Below are positions 39,601 to 50,239 of a stretch of 64,000 nt of DNA, one piece after another. How positions within the stretch are numbered: position 1 is the stretch's first letter; the number at the start of each line of letters is the position of its first letter. Position numbers and translations under genes: made by a program. Below the pieces are notes generated by a model. It was given only the letters and a program-made list of their open reading frames with translations, had not been told where the DNA came from and searched no databases. The stretch lies in assembly GCF_036588685.1 (NCBI RefSeq), contig NC_086379.1:80972001-81036000 (forward strand). The letters are read 5' to 3'. Origin of the DNA: Mytilus trossulus (Eukaryota).

Positions 39601-42600
39601 CACAAAAGACCAAAATAACACAAACATTAAAACAACTGTAGGTCACCGTACGGCCTTCAACAATGAGCAAAGCCCATACTGCATAGTCAGCTATAAAAGG
39701 CCCAGATAAGACAATGTAAAACAATACAATATATATAGAAGCTAATAATTGTACTAATATGATATACAGAAGCTGAACAAAATGTCTGATTTAAAAGGTT
39801 GAGACATGTTAAAATAAGGAACATACTCTTGATTCTGTTAAGCTTTTAAGAGGGTGGTAAAGGGGGACCCTGAACACGGAAACACGTGAAATAAAAATTT
39901 TAAATATTCTGGGAACACAGAATTTAAAACAATCTGCGGACTGACTTTGAATTTAGTCCAGGTTTACTTTTTAATCAAATCCGGGAAAAACACAAGATAT
40001 TAAGAGTACAGACACGAAAAAAAGATTACCAACACGAAACACAGAAAATAAATAAACGAAAACATGAGGCACGCACATGGAACAAAACCCTAGAAAACGA
40101 GAAATAAAACGTCTAAATATGAAAACATGTGAAATACAAAGGCCAGAAATGTTGCATGAAAATAACACTTTACCATCCTCTTTTATTGATTGATTGATTG
40201 TTGGTTGTTTAATGTCCAATGGCTTTTATCTGTCAAGTTTTCTTAAAGTGTAGAGATTGTGGCACCCTCTCTTCAAGAGGTGTTGCTATGTAATTGTGCA
40301 CACCTCATAGCCAAACAAACTGCCTACGTTGGCAAGGGTTATACCACCAGTCAGAAGAAGACCTAAGTGACCATATTTCTATTCCCCAGTCTCCCTTTGG
40401 GTAGCTTTTATGTAGAGAACCAACAGATTTAGATGTTAAATATGATAATATTTTTGTTGTTTTATTTACAGATAGTTATTGAGGGTTTAGTAGGAGGAAA
40501 TAGAGGAGACATTGCTATAGATAATATCATACTGTATGTCAAAGATTGTGGTAAGTAATTACTTATGATTGCCCAAGTTCAGTTGAAGACAAAGATAAAA
40601 TTTCATTATATTTAACAAATCTAAACTGCCATAGTATTTTTGGGCAAAATTAAGATGCATTGTAATTGAATAATGTCCAGAAAACTAAGATTGACATTTT
40701 TTTTCTTAAAACAATACTTCATAATAGAATTAAGTCAAAGAAATTTTCTCTAATTGTTGTACTATTTCCACATCTCCTGACTGATGTGAGAAAAATATTT
40801 CTCCTCACTAGGGAACAATCTGTTCTCTGCAAATGATTGGTTGAAATTCAATTGTGATGTTAAATTTTTCTTGTTTTCTTCTGAATATTCTTATTGTGAA
40901 GTCATGAAAAAGACGACCCTGCCTGATGACGTCAATCAAAAGTACACAACGTTCCTCAAATCTCTGCAAAGAAAGGATAAGAATCATAAGAGAAACAGAT
41001 TCCACCACTGTAACTCGTGTATTACGACATTTCTCCACTCTCAACAGTTAAATTTTGATTATTTAAAAAGCTCGCCAAGCTTCGCGCTTTAAATATTAAA
41101 ATTTAATTGTCTTGAGTGGAGAAATATCATACTGCACTTATTGCAGTTGTGGAATCTATATATCTTTAATTGTATAATATGGATATTACAATGAATAAAA
41201 TTGAAAGTAATTTATCCCACCAATAAAACTGAAGAAAAAATATAACTTAAAATTTGTGCTAAATTTAAGTTTAGTCTTTTGACATTCATTGACAGACATA
41301 TTTTTTTTTAGTTCCATGTGGACCAATAAACCCTTGCAGGAATGGGGGATATTGCACTGTCTCTGGTGATTCTTATACTTGTAATTGTGCTGCAGGATTT
41401 GGTGGACCAGAATGTCAGTATATAGGTATGTGAATCGGATTGTTTACATGTAACTGTCCTGGTATATTTTGATGTACTAGAAGTCAATATATGGATATGT
41501 TTGTCAGTCAATGTTGATTCTTATACAACTACCTGCCATGTTAGTTTTGACAGACCAGAATATAAATGAACAAATGTTTTTTGTTCTGTTTGAAGAGAAT
41601 TTTACTGATTTAGCTGAAATATTATATTCTGTGGTTTGTGGCAAATTTGACTTTTATGCTCTGCAAACAAGATATAGTAGAACAATAAAACTGTAACATA
41701 TCTGAAATATTCAAGCATTCGTTTCTGTAACTCTTGTACAATTAGTAGCAGTCTTGGAAGATTTAGTTGACCAAAATATGTGCTAAAAGTAACTGCTTTT
41801 TATCTATATAAAATATTATCAAGCTTGTTTATCCTTTTTACATATTTTCCTTGCAAAATTTCACAATATCCAAACTTGTTCTCCACAGTTGACAAATGAT
41901 AAGCAAAGGAAAGAATAAACCAAAAAATAAATAAGCTACATGTTGAATTTATAGAAAGCTGCACAATGGATTAACAGTTATACAGAATTTAAATACTTTA
42001 TATTTACTATTGACAGATGCAGTGAAAACATGTAGTTTTGAGAATTCTGATGATATGTGTTTTCTAACAGACGAGACAGCTGACAGCTTAAATTGGAAAA
42101 GACACAGGGTAAAATATTTTCAACATGATTTTTATGTTTAAATTGCAATAGTAGATAGGTACTTTGAGTTTTCATTTTATTTATCCATCTTATTGCAGGG
42201 TTTGAATAAAGTTATGAATTACATAGAGTAGATAGATGTGATTTATCTCTGCTATGATGCTATCAAACTATACACTAAATAACAGATACAGTCAACATAC
42301 TGTAAACCAACTTATTTTTTATGAGTGATTTTATTTTCGTGACTTTCGCGAGTTGAAAAATACTGCAAAAAAACTAGGATATTTCCTTAACAAACCACAT
42401 CAAGTAAATCAGAAAATTGCGAAATTAAATAGCCTTGAATAGGTCTAGAAAGGGTAAAACGCAAAATAAAGTATTCGCGAAAATAAGTTGGTTTACAGTA
42501 TTAATTTTCTTGGTTTTGTTAGTATTGAAATTATTTAGTGTACATGTTTTATCTTCAGGTTCTACAATACATGCACAACAATATTAATTCTATATATATA

Positions 42601-45058
42601 AAATTCAATAGTATTACTTTTTTTATTAAGGATACTATTGCAGAATTAGCCCCATAGAAATGTTTGGTTTATTTAACAAAACTAATTTTTTACTTTTAAA
42701 AAAAAGCCATGTGGACATTATGTTGCTCATTGATCAGCCTTTTCATTTTAGTTGAGACATATTAATTTAGTGGCTAGAATATATATTGGGTTTTATCAGT
42801 CTTATCAATTTAAAGTGAAAATCATAGTATATAATTGTTGTTTTGTTTGTCAGTCCAAAAAAAATAGGAGTTTATGGATATAAGCATGAGTATCATTTTA
42901 ACTAATTTGAATAACTAAAATTAAGATATAGGTGGAAGAAGCCTATTCATTTTGGGTTTAATAAGACACATGTCAAAAATACATGTGAAAAAATGTTTTG
43001 TTTCAAGAAAATTATCTTGTGTAATTTACTATTTCAGGGTTCAACAAAAACCAGCACTACAGGACCATCAGGTGCTGCCATTGGTAAAAAGTATACTTAC
43101 CTGGAGTGTACAGGACAAAGTATTGGTTCTAAAGTCAAACTTATCAGTAATATTCAATTTTCAGGTAAGTTTATATTATAGAACCTCACTCATTTCAATT
43201 CAAATCAAGATAAGTAGTCAACTTTCTAAGAATTGTGCTATAATTGAAAACTTGCCTTTTTATAAACTGCAGTAACTTTGGTAAGACAAAACAAATTGTT
43301 TTAGAAAATGGAAAAGGATCTTTTGTTCTTTTCTTTTATTTTTGTAAGCATTTCATGATAATTTGGTTTAAGCAAATTTAAGATATCATACAAAGTGTTG
43401 ATATATAGACAGATGTACTATTATAACTACAGTATACCGTAATATAAACATGTCCCATTTACACACATTTGCAAAAGTTGTTGATCCCTCACTTTTCTAC
43501 ATTAGAAAATGCCTGTACCAAGTCAGGAATATGACAGTTGTTATCTATTCGTTTGATGCGTTTGGACATTTGATTTTGGACTTTCCTTTTTTGAATTTTC
43601 CTCAGAGTTCAATATTTTTGTGTTTTTACTTTTTGATCAGTTTTTCCATCACTCGCAATAGAATATCACTTGAGGTAACAATTAAAGGAACCTGTGATTG
43701 GGTTATTTCACTGATCTCAAGTTGTGTTTTATGAATAAGTTACAGCAGTTGACCTGAGGTCAATCAGCCTAAACAACATCATTGAACAATCAGTGTTTAG
43801 TGTGTAATTAGGATAAGCATTGTTATATAGAAAATTAACAGGAAAATGTAAGATTTTAAAAGTCATCTATACATTTTGAACTACCATTTATAATGTGACA
43901 AGTCATTCATTTTGCAATAAAAACATGTCTTTTCAGATTCGACAAGATGTTTGACCTTCTGGTATCACATGTATGGTAGTGAGATAGGAACATTACGTGT
44001 CATAAGTAGGTCAGCCTCTTTACAGGAGACAGAACTGTTGAGTATGACTGGTAACCAAGGCAACCAATGGCTATTGAAGTCTGTCACAGTGTCTACATTG
44101 CATGGTTCAAAGGTAAGATATATTGTTACATACAGAATATATTTTTTTAGTTTCTAGAAGGAAATTCATCCAAGCTTTACTATTTCTAGTGAATTCTAGG
44201 CATTTGTAAGCTGTAATAACTGTAAAGATCAATGAATAAAGAATATATTCAATAATTCTGCACAATAATGAAAGTGATATTAGACCACATCACTTCTAAA
44301 TGATTTATTATGTAAAAATCAATGAAGTATTATAAGCTTTTACTTTAATAAAACATGCAGATTTTTTTTTTACATTTCAGCTGATAATAGAAGCATCTGT
44401 AGGCGGAGACAGAGGAGATATAGCACTAGATAATATAAGTCTGTCCACTAATCCATGTGGTATGTGTTGATTTAAAATGATAGTAATCTATATATACAAA
44501 TAACATTGGAGATATAGCACTAGATAATATTAGTCTGTCCACTAATCCATGTGGTATGTGTTGATTTAAAATGATAGTCATCTATGCACAAATTTCGTGG
44601 GAGATATTAAACCATTAGTATTCATCTCCAGTTAACAATTGTTTCTTTTTGTCAGATTTTTATGGCCCCGCAACGAATTTGTTGATGCCATATAGTTCAA
44701 CCCTTGTCCAAAATTCAGTAATTCAGCAACATTGTTACATTAATCTAAAGATCTGTATGATTTTTGGTGATAATTCAAAATTTCATTTTTGAGTTATTGA
44801 GTATTTTGTAAAAAAAGGGGAGTTTTTTTGTACATGTCGCGCCGTAAAAAACAATTTATAATTGTTCCCTCAAGTCTCAAAAAATATATCTGGTTATTGC
44901 TTAAAACTTTCTCAGAAACTATTTATGATTGTTGCATAAAACTTTCACACCAGACGACGGGTGTATCATGTACTCATGGCGCAGCTGTTAATTCTAGTGA
45001 TAACTTTTTATTAGTTTAATCCTTATAAAAAATTTCGTCCTTTTTAGGAGGTGGATGA
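679..45058 (+). CDS. Multi-exon astacin-family (M12A) metalloprotease with 8 EGF, 1 CUB, 7 MAM and 2 TSP1 domains; 5' end lies upstream of the window
   Basis: 47 AG/GT-bounded exons join in one frame (5,685 nt including the stop): 679-762, 1776-1863, 2173-2293, 4450-4519, 5188-5379, 6309-6438, 6736-6846, 7141-7247, 7722-7846, 9382-9536, 9927-10043, 10337-10434, 10856-10979, 11937-12121, 12694-12766, 13809-13928, 14660-14754, 15725-15851, 16459-16634, 17139-17220, 17664-17774, 18049-18143, 18480-18600, 18828-19000, 19526-19607, 20600-20722, 21197-21541, 21943-22046, 22509-22638, 24321-24496, 24868-24946, 25658-25768, 29849-29940, 35248-35368, 35930-36105, 36572-36650, 37264-37377, 37820-37914, 38578-38701, 39308-39483, 40472-40550, 41312-41425, 42017-42108, 43038-43164, 43937-44112, 44381-44459, 45048-45058 (ends NPCGGG*). 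No signal peptide or start codon is seen in the window. Confidence 0.9.
1776..6438 (+). CDS. Astacin catalytic domain exons (5 exons) of the protease gene
   Basis: KR|NF maturation-like site, [35 protein letters not shown], zinc motif [18 protein letters not shown] (HExxHxxGxxHE), Met-turn region YDQHSVLQY, and C-terminal [15 protein letters not shown]. Confidence 0.93.
2423..3603. mobile_element. Non-autonomous DNA transposon with 15-bp TIRs and a 6-bp TSD
   Basis: cagggctcacgctac ... gtagtgtgagccctg (1 mismatch), flanked on both sides by tacatg. Confidence 0.8.
5334..5525 (+). repeat. 67-bp tandem repeat (about 2.9 copies) spanning an exon 3' end and its donor splice site
   Basis: Unit ccataacccatatgatcagcattctgttctacagtatagcttgtct|gtaagtattgagaatgatcag starts at 5334, 5401 and 5468. 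Confidence 0.95.
5567..5814. mobile_element. MITE with CATACCTGCCAA-type TIR and a 6-bp TSD
   Basis: catacctgcaaa...ttggcaggtatg flanked by taatca; a second copy lies inverted at 11044-11298. Confidence 0.85.
6736..10043 (+). CDS. EGF - CUB - EGF exons of the protease gene
   Basis: [24 protein letters not shown]; [49 protein letters not shown]; [22 protein letters not shown]. Confidence 0.9.
7776..9105 (+). repeat. 83-bp tandem repeat (about 16 copies) spanning a CUB exon 3' end and its donor splice site
   Basis: Unit aatcatgaac..ccaggaattat|gtaagtttgtag = 71 nt exon + 12 nt intron; copies are near-identical. Confidence 0.97.
10337..20722 (+). CDS. MAM1-EGF-MAM2-EGF-MAM3-EGF exons of the protease gene
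   Basis: Each MAM is split over 4 exons (C-x-FE..C..W / TGP..Y.E / C..F.Y.MYG..W / IEG..GDIAID..C). Each EGF is a single phase 1-1 exon. Confidence 0.88.
11044..11298. mobile_element. MITE, same family as 5567-5814, opposite orientation
   Basis: catacctgccaa...ttggcaggtatg flanked by the TSD agaagt. Confidence 0.85.
15014..15228. mobile_element. TA-flanked (Tc1/mariner-like) MITE
   Basis: tactgtggattcatt...aatgaatccacagta; a second copy is at 22770-22982. Confidence 0.8.
20096..20578 (+). mobile_element. Helentron-associated (HINE/DINE-1-like) non-autonomous element
   Basis: T-rich insertion site, tatacccc/ggggtat subterminal inverted repeat, gtct/gtcc microsatellite, two core repeats of about 170 bp and a 3' hairpin ending cttgtt. 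Similar architecture occurs at about 985-1437, 29970-30283, 36790-37070 and 47090-47528. Confidence 0.7.
21197..21541 (+). CDS. Exon encoding two thrombospondin type-1 (TSP1) repeats
   Basis: [36 protein letters not shown] and [41 protein letters not shown]; phase 1-1 exon. Confidence 0.93.
21943..45058 (+). CDS. MAM4-EGF-MAM5-EGF-MAM6-EGF-MAM7 and terminal exons of the protease gene
   Basis: Repeated 4+1 exon cassette, e.g. [53 protein letters not shown]; stop TGA at 45056-45058. Confidence 0.88.
22721..23502. mobile_element. Foldback element with about 125-bp TIRs and TTAA ends; a MITE (22770-22982) is nested in the left TIR
   Basis: 22721-22770 plus 22983-23058 together are the reverse complement of about 23376-23502; the inserted MITE matches 15014-15228. 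Confidence 0.8.
23681..23842. mobile_element. Short MITE
   Basis: TIR tacaccttatcgcta...tagcgataaggtgta. Confidence 0.8.
23976..24230 (+). mobile_element. tRNA-derived SINE with a V-domain-like core
   Basis: A-box tggctgagtgg, degenerate B-box gagttccaac, core ggtggttttccttgagcactctggcttcctccacc and an (aaatc)n tail. Related partial copies lie at about 22170-22290 (-) and 50035-50146 (+). Confidence 0.75.
25717..29455 (+). repeat. 89-bp tandem repeat (about 42 copies) spanning an EGF exon 3' end and its donor splice site
   Basis: Unit tacacatgtacctgtcctgcaggatttggtggtcctaactgtcagtatatag|gtatgtatatctacatagtgttatgattggtgattct; 3739/89 = 42. Confidence 0.97.
30344..30432 (-). ncRNA. Type I hammerhead ribozyme in the 3' end of the Penelope-like element
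   Basis: Minus strand reads uggucu-CUGAUGA-agguu[loop with ggaa/uucc hairpin]aaccu-GAAA-cauug[loop]caauG-U-A^aggcca. All three stems pair and the core is intact. GUA cleavage is predicted between 30350 and 30349. Confidence 0.9.
30525..32476 (-). pseudogene. Penelope-type reverse transcriptase, disrupted by two frameshifts
   Basis: [119 protein letters not shown]. Confidence 0.9.
32837..33311 (-). repeat. Four extra copies of the element's 57-nt 3'-terminal unit, flanking an inverted fragment of its 5' region
   Basis: tttcatagaaattgatccaatatccacccatttaggtgcgaatcatatctctggcct at 32837-32893, 32897-32953, 33201-33257 and 33260-33311 (5 nt short); the terminal copy is 30293-30349. About 33031-33200 is the reverse complement of about 32659-32831. 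Confidence 0.95.
33515..34670. repeat. Two copies of an interspersed repeat end (33515-33692 and about 34490-34670)
   Basis: Near-identical ttttcccgtttgaatgg...acaccacatcttcctatatcta; a related inverted copy lies at about 39565-39725. Confidence 0.75.
40997..41157. repeat. Imperfect palindrome of about 160 bp (hairpin-type repeat)
   Basis: agattccac..tttctccactc..ttaaatttt pairs with aaaatttaa..gagtggagaaa..gtggaatct. Confidence 0.75.
42298..42500. mobile_element. TA-flanked MITE
   Basis: tactgtaaaccaacttattt...aaataagttggtttacagta. Confidence 0.8.
44414..44607 (+). repeat. 94-bp tandem duplication spanning the last MAM exon 3' end and its donor site
   Basis: ggagatatagcactagataatat..ccatgtg|gtatgtgttgatttaaaatgatagt at 44414 and 44508; a degenerate third start lies near 44600. 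Confidence 0.92.
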
Positions 45059-45658
45059 TGAAGAGTGATACAAAAGAAATACTATGATTCTATTAATGCA
45101 CATAAGGAGTGATGGACAATGGACTTCAGGAGGAATGGAAGAACATTTCTAATCTACAGATAAAAATTGCTATAAATATTTAATAACCAACCTTTTTACT
45201 TGGAGATAAATCAAATTAATAACTCTTATCATTTAGGCACAATGTTTTAAATTTTACCCTCCAGCAATTTATTCTCTGTTCTGTAATATGCTTTCCTTTA
45301 AATGTCTCATTATATTTTGCTCAAGTTAATTTTGTTTTTTGTTTTTATAAAGTCATATCTTGTATATTACAATGTAAATTGTTTGTAAAATGTTATATTA
45401 TAATGTCTGATGATCTTTGTTTAATATAAACAAGGCATGCATATGAAAATATTTTTCATAATGAGATTATGTACAGTAAATATATTTAAATGATATAAAT
45501 GTTTATTCTTTAGTCTTATCTTTTGTTTTTAACTTGTGTACAGTTTAAAGATCAGGTTCTATTAACTAGATATATGATGCATATATGCATGATATGGAAG
45601 TTGTCCTACACCAGTCATGTTTTCTTTGACAAATAAAGGTCAACAAGTTATACAGCTA

Positions 45659-45784
45659 CAGGGGCGGATCCAGTCATTTAAAAAGGGGTGGGGTCCTGAC
45701 ACAGGATAAAAAGGGGGCTTCCAACTATATATCCCTATTCAAATGCATTGAATTGCATTGCCCCCTCTCCTGAATCCGCCACTG
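45659..45784. mobile_element. Short MITE with a 5-bp TSD
   Basis: caggggcggatccag...ctgaatccgccactg flanked on both sides by agcta. Confidence 0.7.
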
Positions 45785-45799
45785 AGCTATTAGGGTTCT

Positions 45800-46930
45800 T
45801 TATTTTATGCCCCACCACGATAGTAGAGGGGCAGTATGTTTTCTGGTCTGTGTGTATTTGTGTTCATCCGTCCTTCTGTCTGTACCGCTTAAGGTTAAAG
45901 TTTTTGATGAAGTTGATCTTTCAAATTTTTTGGCCAAAATATAGTTTTGACCCCAATTTTACAGTCCACTTAACATAGAAAATAATGGTGCAAAGTTCAG
46001 TTTAAAGTTTTTGGTCAAGGTAATTTTTATACGCCCGTCAAAATTTTGATGGGACGTATTATGGTATACAAATGTCCGGTGTCTGTCCGTCCGTCCGTCT
46101 GTCCGGCGTAAACATGTCGCACCGTAACTTGAGAACGACTTATCCAAATTTTATGAAACTTAACTTGATTATGGCTTAAAACTTTAAACACTTCTTAGTT
46201 ATATTAATCTTAATATCTGTATACTTTTTGGTGATGATTCAAAATTTTATTTTTGAGTTATTGAGTATTTTGTAAAAAAAGGGGAGGTTTTTTTTACATG
46301 TCGCACCATATCTCAAAAACGATTTATGATTATTGCTTAAAACTTTACACATGTCTTTGTTATATTAATCTAAAGATCTGTATACTTTTTGGTGATGATT
46401 TAAAACTTTATTTTGGAGTAAATGAGTATTTTGTTAAACAGGGGAGGGTTTTTTTACATGTCGCGCCGTATCTCAAAAATAATTTATGATTATTGCTTAA
46501 AACTTTACACACTTCTTTGTTATATTAATCTAAAGATCTGTATACTTTTTGGTTTTGATTAAAAAATTTATTTTAGTGATATTTAGTTTTTTGTAAAAAA
46601 AAAAACAGGGTTGGGGGTTTCACATGTCCCGTTGTGTCTCAAAAACAATATATGGTGATTGCTTAAAACTTTCTCAGAAACTATTTATGATTATTGCATA
46701 AAACTTCCACACAAGACCGTGGGCGTAACATACGCTCATGGCGCAGCTGTTTATTGATGAAGTTAAAGTCCAATCAACTTAGTAATGGAAACTTAGTACA
46801 CATGTTTCCTATGATGCTCTTTCTATTTAGAATGCCAAATTAAAGTTTTGACTCCAATTTCACAGTACACTGCACATTGGATTTGATAATGCGAGTGAGG
46901 CATCGGTGTATTATGGACACATTCTTCTTT
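45800..46930 (+). mobile_element. Nested HINE-like elements with internal tandem core repeats
   Basis: An outer element (tttatgcccc...ggacacattctt) is interrupted at about 46025-46752 by an inner one (tttttatacgcccgtc, (gtcc)n, repeated cores, end ggcgcagctgtt). The inner family also occurs at about 44655-44990. Confidence 0.65.
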
Positions 46931-49900
46931 CATTATTGATGGTTTGAAAACAAACAACCCATAAATTACAATAAATATATATCTTGAAAAAGTTACAAAG
47001 ACACAACACTTCAAACAGTTGCAGGTATTGTTTATTTGTCAATCTTTTAGTGTACCAGAAGCTGTCATCAGGGTAAATGCTTAATGAGTATTTTTATGCC
47101 CCACCCACCTACGATAGTAGAGGGGCGTTACGATTTCTGATCTGTGCATCGTTCCGTCTGTTCGTCCCACTTCAGGTTAAAGTTTTGGGCAAGGTAGTTT
47201 TTGATGAAGCTGAAGTCCAATGAACTTGAAACTTAATACACATGTTCCTTATGATATGATCTTTCTTATTTTAAAACCAAATTAGACTTTTGACCCCATT
47301 TTCATAGTCCACTGAACATAGAAATTAAAAGTGTGAGTTTCAGGTTCAAGTTTTTGGTCAAGGTATTTTTCGATGAAGTTAAAGTCCAATCAACTTGAAA
47401 CTTAGTACACATCATCCCTTTTGGTTGATCTTTTTACTTTAAGGCCAAATTAGATTTTTTACCCAATTTCACAGTCCATTGAACATGGAAAATGATAACA
47501 CGGGTGTACTTTGGACACATTCTTGTTCTTCCTTGTACTAAATCAAAGTACAAAATGTACCTCAAGGATGATTTAAAAAAAAAATAATATTTTCCATAGA
47601 TAGTAAAATTTTATCAGTGAGAGGAATATATACGGGAAAAAGGTTTGAAAAAGTAAAATAATGTACATGTTTGTAAAAATATTGTCAGTTTCCTGTTGTA
47701 TAATTTTTTCCAAATTTGTACAATGCTTTTCTGGCAATTCCTTCCATTTTAAATAACTTTACATGGCCATAGGTACAACAATCAAATGTATATGGAATGC
47801 TGTGAAGAGTAGGAATAGATTAACAAGTTTATCTAGATTACTCTATTGTGTTTGAAATATTACACTCATATACAATTACACACGTCTTTCATAACACTGT
47901 CACCTAGTTCAAAAACTACATACTTATTAAGTATTTGTTCTGGAATTTGAAAAACTGGAAAATCATTGTACTTTTAATGTGTTAGTAAGAAACTGACCTC
48001 AATTAAAAAATAAGATGGTCCTAGACAATGTCCAAAAGCAAGTGAAATGACAAGCGCTTTAGAAAATGACTGGCTGGCTGACGTAAATAAACTTAAAGTA
48101 TAACTAAAAAGATGCCCACCTAAATTTTGCTCACCATAAAAACAAATAAATCTAACAGTTCTAAACCAGCTGGCAACAGTTATAATTCATGTTATGATAA
48201 TTACCTGATTAATGCAAAAATATTTTTGAAACTTAGCTCTACCACACAGCTGTGGTCTACAGCCATATCATTCAGCAATCTAAGGTTAGTTGACTATATC
48301 TTGAAAGACTAAGGTTCTGATTCATTCCTGTCATTAAAAGTATATTAGAAGATGAAATTTAGACCGCCTTCTGTAGCCACTTGATGAATGGCTTTGATCT
48401 ATAGAAGTATGGTCAATAGAGGTAGTTCTCCTAGCTGTTTTGTCGTAATGACGAAAGAAATCCATGCTGGTGGTATCTCATCTATAACAGTTGTACTCCC
48501 TGTGGATAAGCAGCATCAATGTCGTAAGCACTTTCTTCAATGGTTGACCCTTACTTTTTTCAGGCTGGACATCACCGTATTGAAGGAAACATTATGTGGG
48601 TTATTTTTGTCTCATCGACAGGTGTTTCAATGGTCGATGTAGTATTGCCTATTAAGTATTATATCCAACATATAATTTCATCCACTGAAATTATCCCTGG
48701 ATTTACTTAAAGTTGTCCAATGAGTAGATCGATTGATTATCAGTGTGCTTGTGCTGTGTACTTGTTTGGCTGTTGGTTGCTACAGGGCCTATCTGATGAA
48801 GTAGTCGATAATAACCAGTATGATCATGTTACCTTTATTAAATGGATTCAGTGTAAGAAAATGTACTCTCTGAAGGCTGGTTGTATTTCTGTAAATACAT
48901 CTGCTTATTATTAACTGCTTAATTCTTTCCTTTTTCATATTGGTCTATCCCAAGGTAGTCAAAATTGTCACATCAGTCGTATGCTTCCCACGATTACCAT
49001 GTCGTTGTGAAGTGCCTCCAATATTAACTTTACCTATAGTTGCTGCTGGTTAAACCGAACTGTGATTATCTGTGTTCTCCGATAGTAAATTATCTGTGAA
49101 GTACCATATTTCATCTCTTTCAACTGTATCAGGTGTCGTTTTCCTTCCATCTATGTACTTTACAAGAGACTTGTTCGTAGATTGATAATGGTGCTTGGTT
49201 AACGGCAAGTTATATCACGACTTGCTAGTTATTATTACATAGAATGGATTAGCATCATTTAGAATTGTTGCTCCCGTAGATGTATTCCTTACACTTATTG
49301 CATATCACCCACTTCAGTGCTAGAAATCCATTTTGTTCTGTGGGTATATTAAATTCGACTTTGTCAGACCTCAACTGGCGAATTTGGATCCCATGTTGCT
49401 TCTTAATAAAACTGCTTCTAGTGCTTTCCCAGAAGCGGAAAGCATGTGCAATTCATAAGATAAATTGTTTTGGCATAACCTGGTATTGGTGGGATATAAG
49501 GAACTCCTTGACTGCAATTTCTCAAATAATAAGTCCTGTTCATGACCTTATTTCCATGATTTCAGTTGGTGTTTATTAGGGGACCTTTCAGTGTTGGATA
49601 TGTCTTCAAATCAATAAGCCGTTTTCTGATTTAAGCTGTTCCATAAATTTACTGCAGTAGCCAACAAATAATAAAAAATTCTATCATCTTCCATGTTGAT
49701 TGGTCTGGCCATCTTATCTGGACAGTCCTCATCACTATTCAAAAAAACATCACGGACGATTCACTTGAGTCCTCTTGAAGAATATTTGTCAAGTGCGAGC
49801 ATCCTGTTACGGAAGTAAATCCTGTTTAGGACAATGTAGAGCTTGTCTAGTTGTCCGTCGAGAGATATATTTTGATGTGAATCAGATAAGCATTATATCG

Positions 49901-50239
49901 TCATCCTCTGGTAAACTTGGTGACCGCGTAGTCTTAAGAAATACATCTGCAGCAATCGCTAGCCTGCCAACACTAAGAATGTACTTTCGAATACGACTTT
50001 AACTGACTAAAATTTACAGTTTTTATGCCGAAAATCGGGGGTTCTCGCCGGGCACTCCAGTTTCCTCCACCATATGCAATAAAACTTACCGCCAATATAT
50101 AGCTAAGGAAGCTGAAAGTGGCGTTAATTAATAACAATCAATCAATACCTGGCAAGGCATAGCTTTCTTTTCTTGTTGAGTAGTTCATGCGACGATAGTC
50201 CATGCTATTTCTGGAGTTTCCAGCTATTCTTCCATTTGA

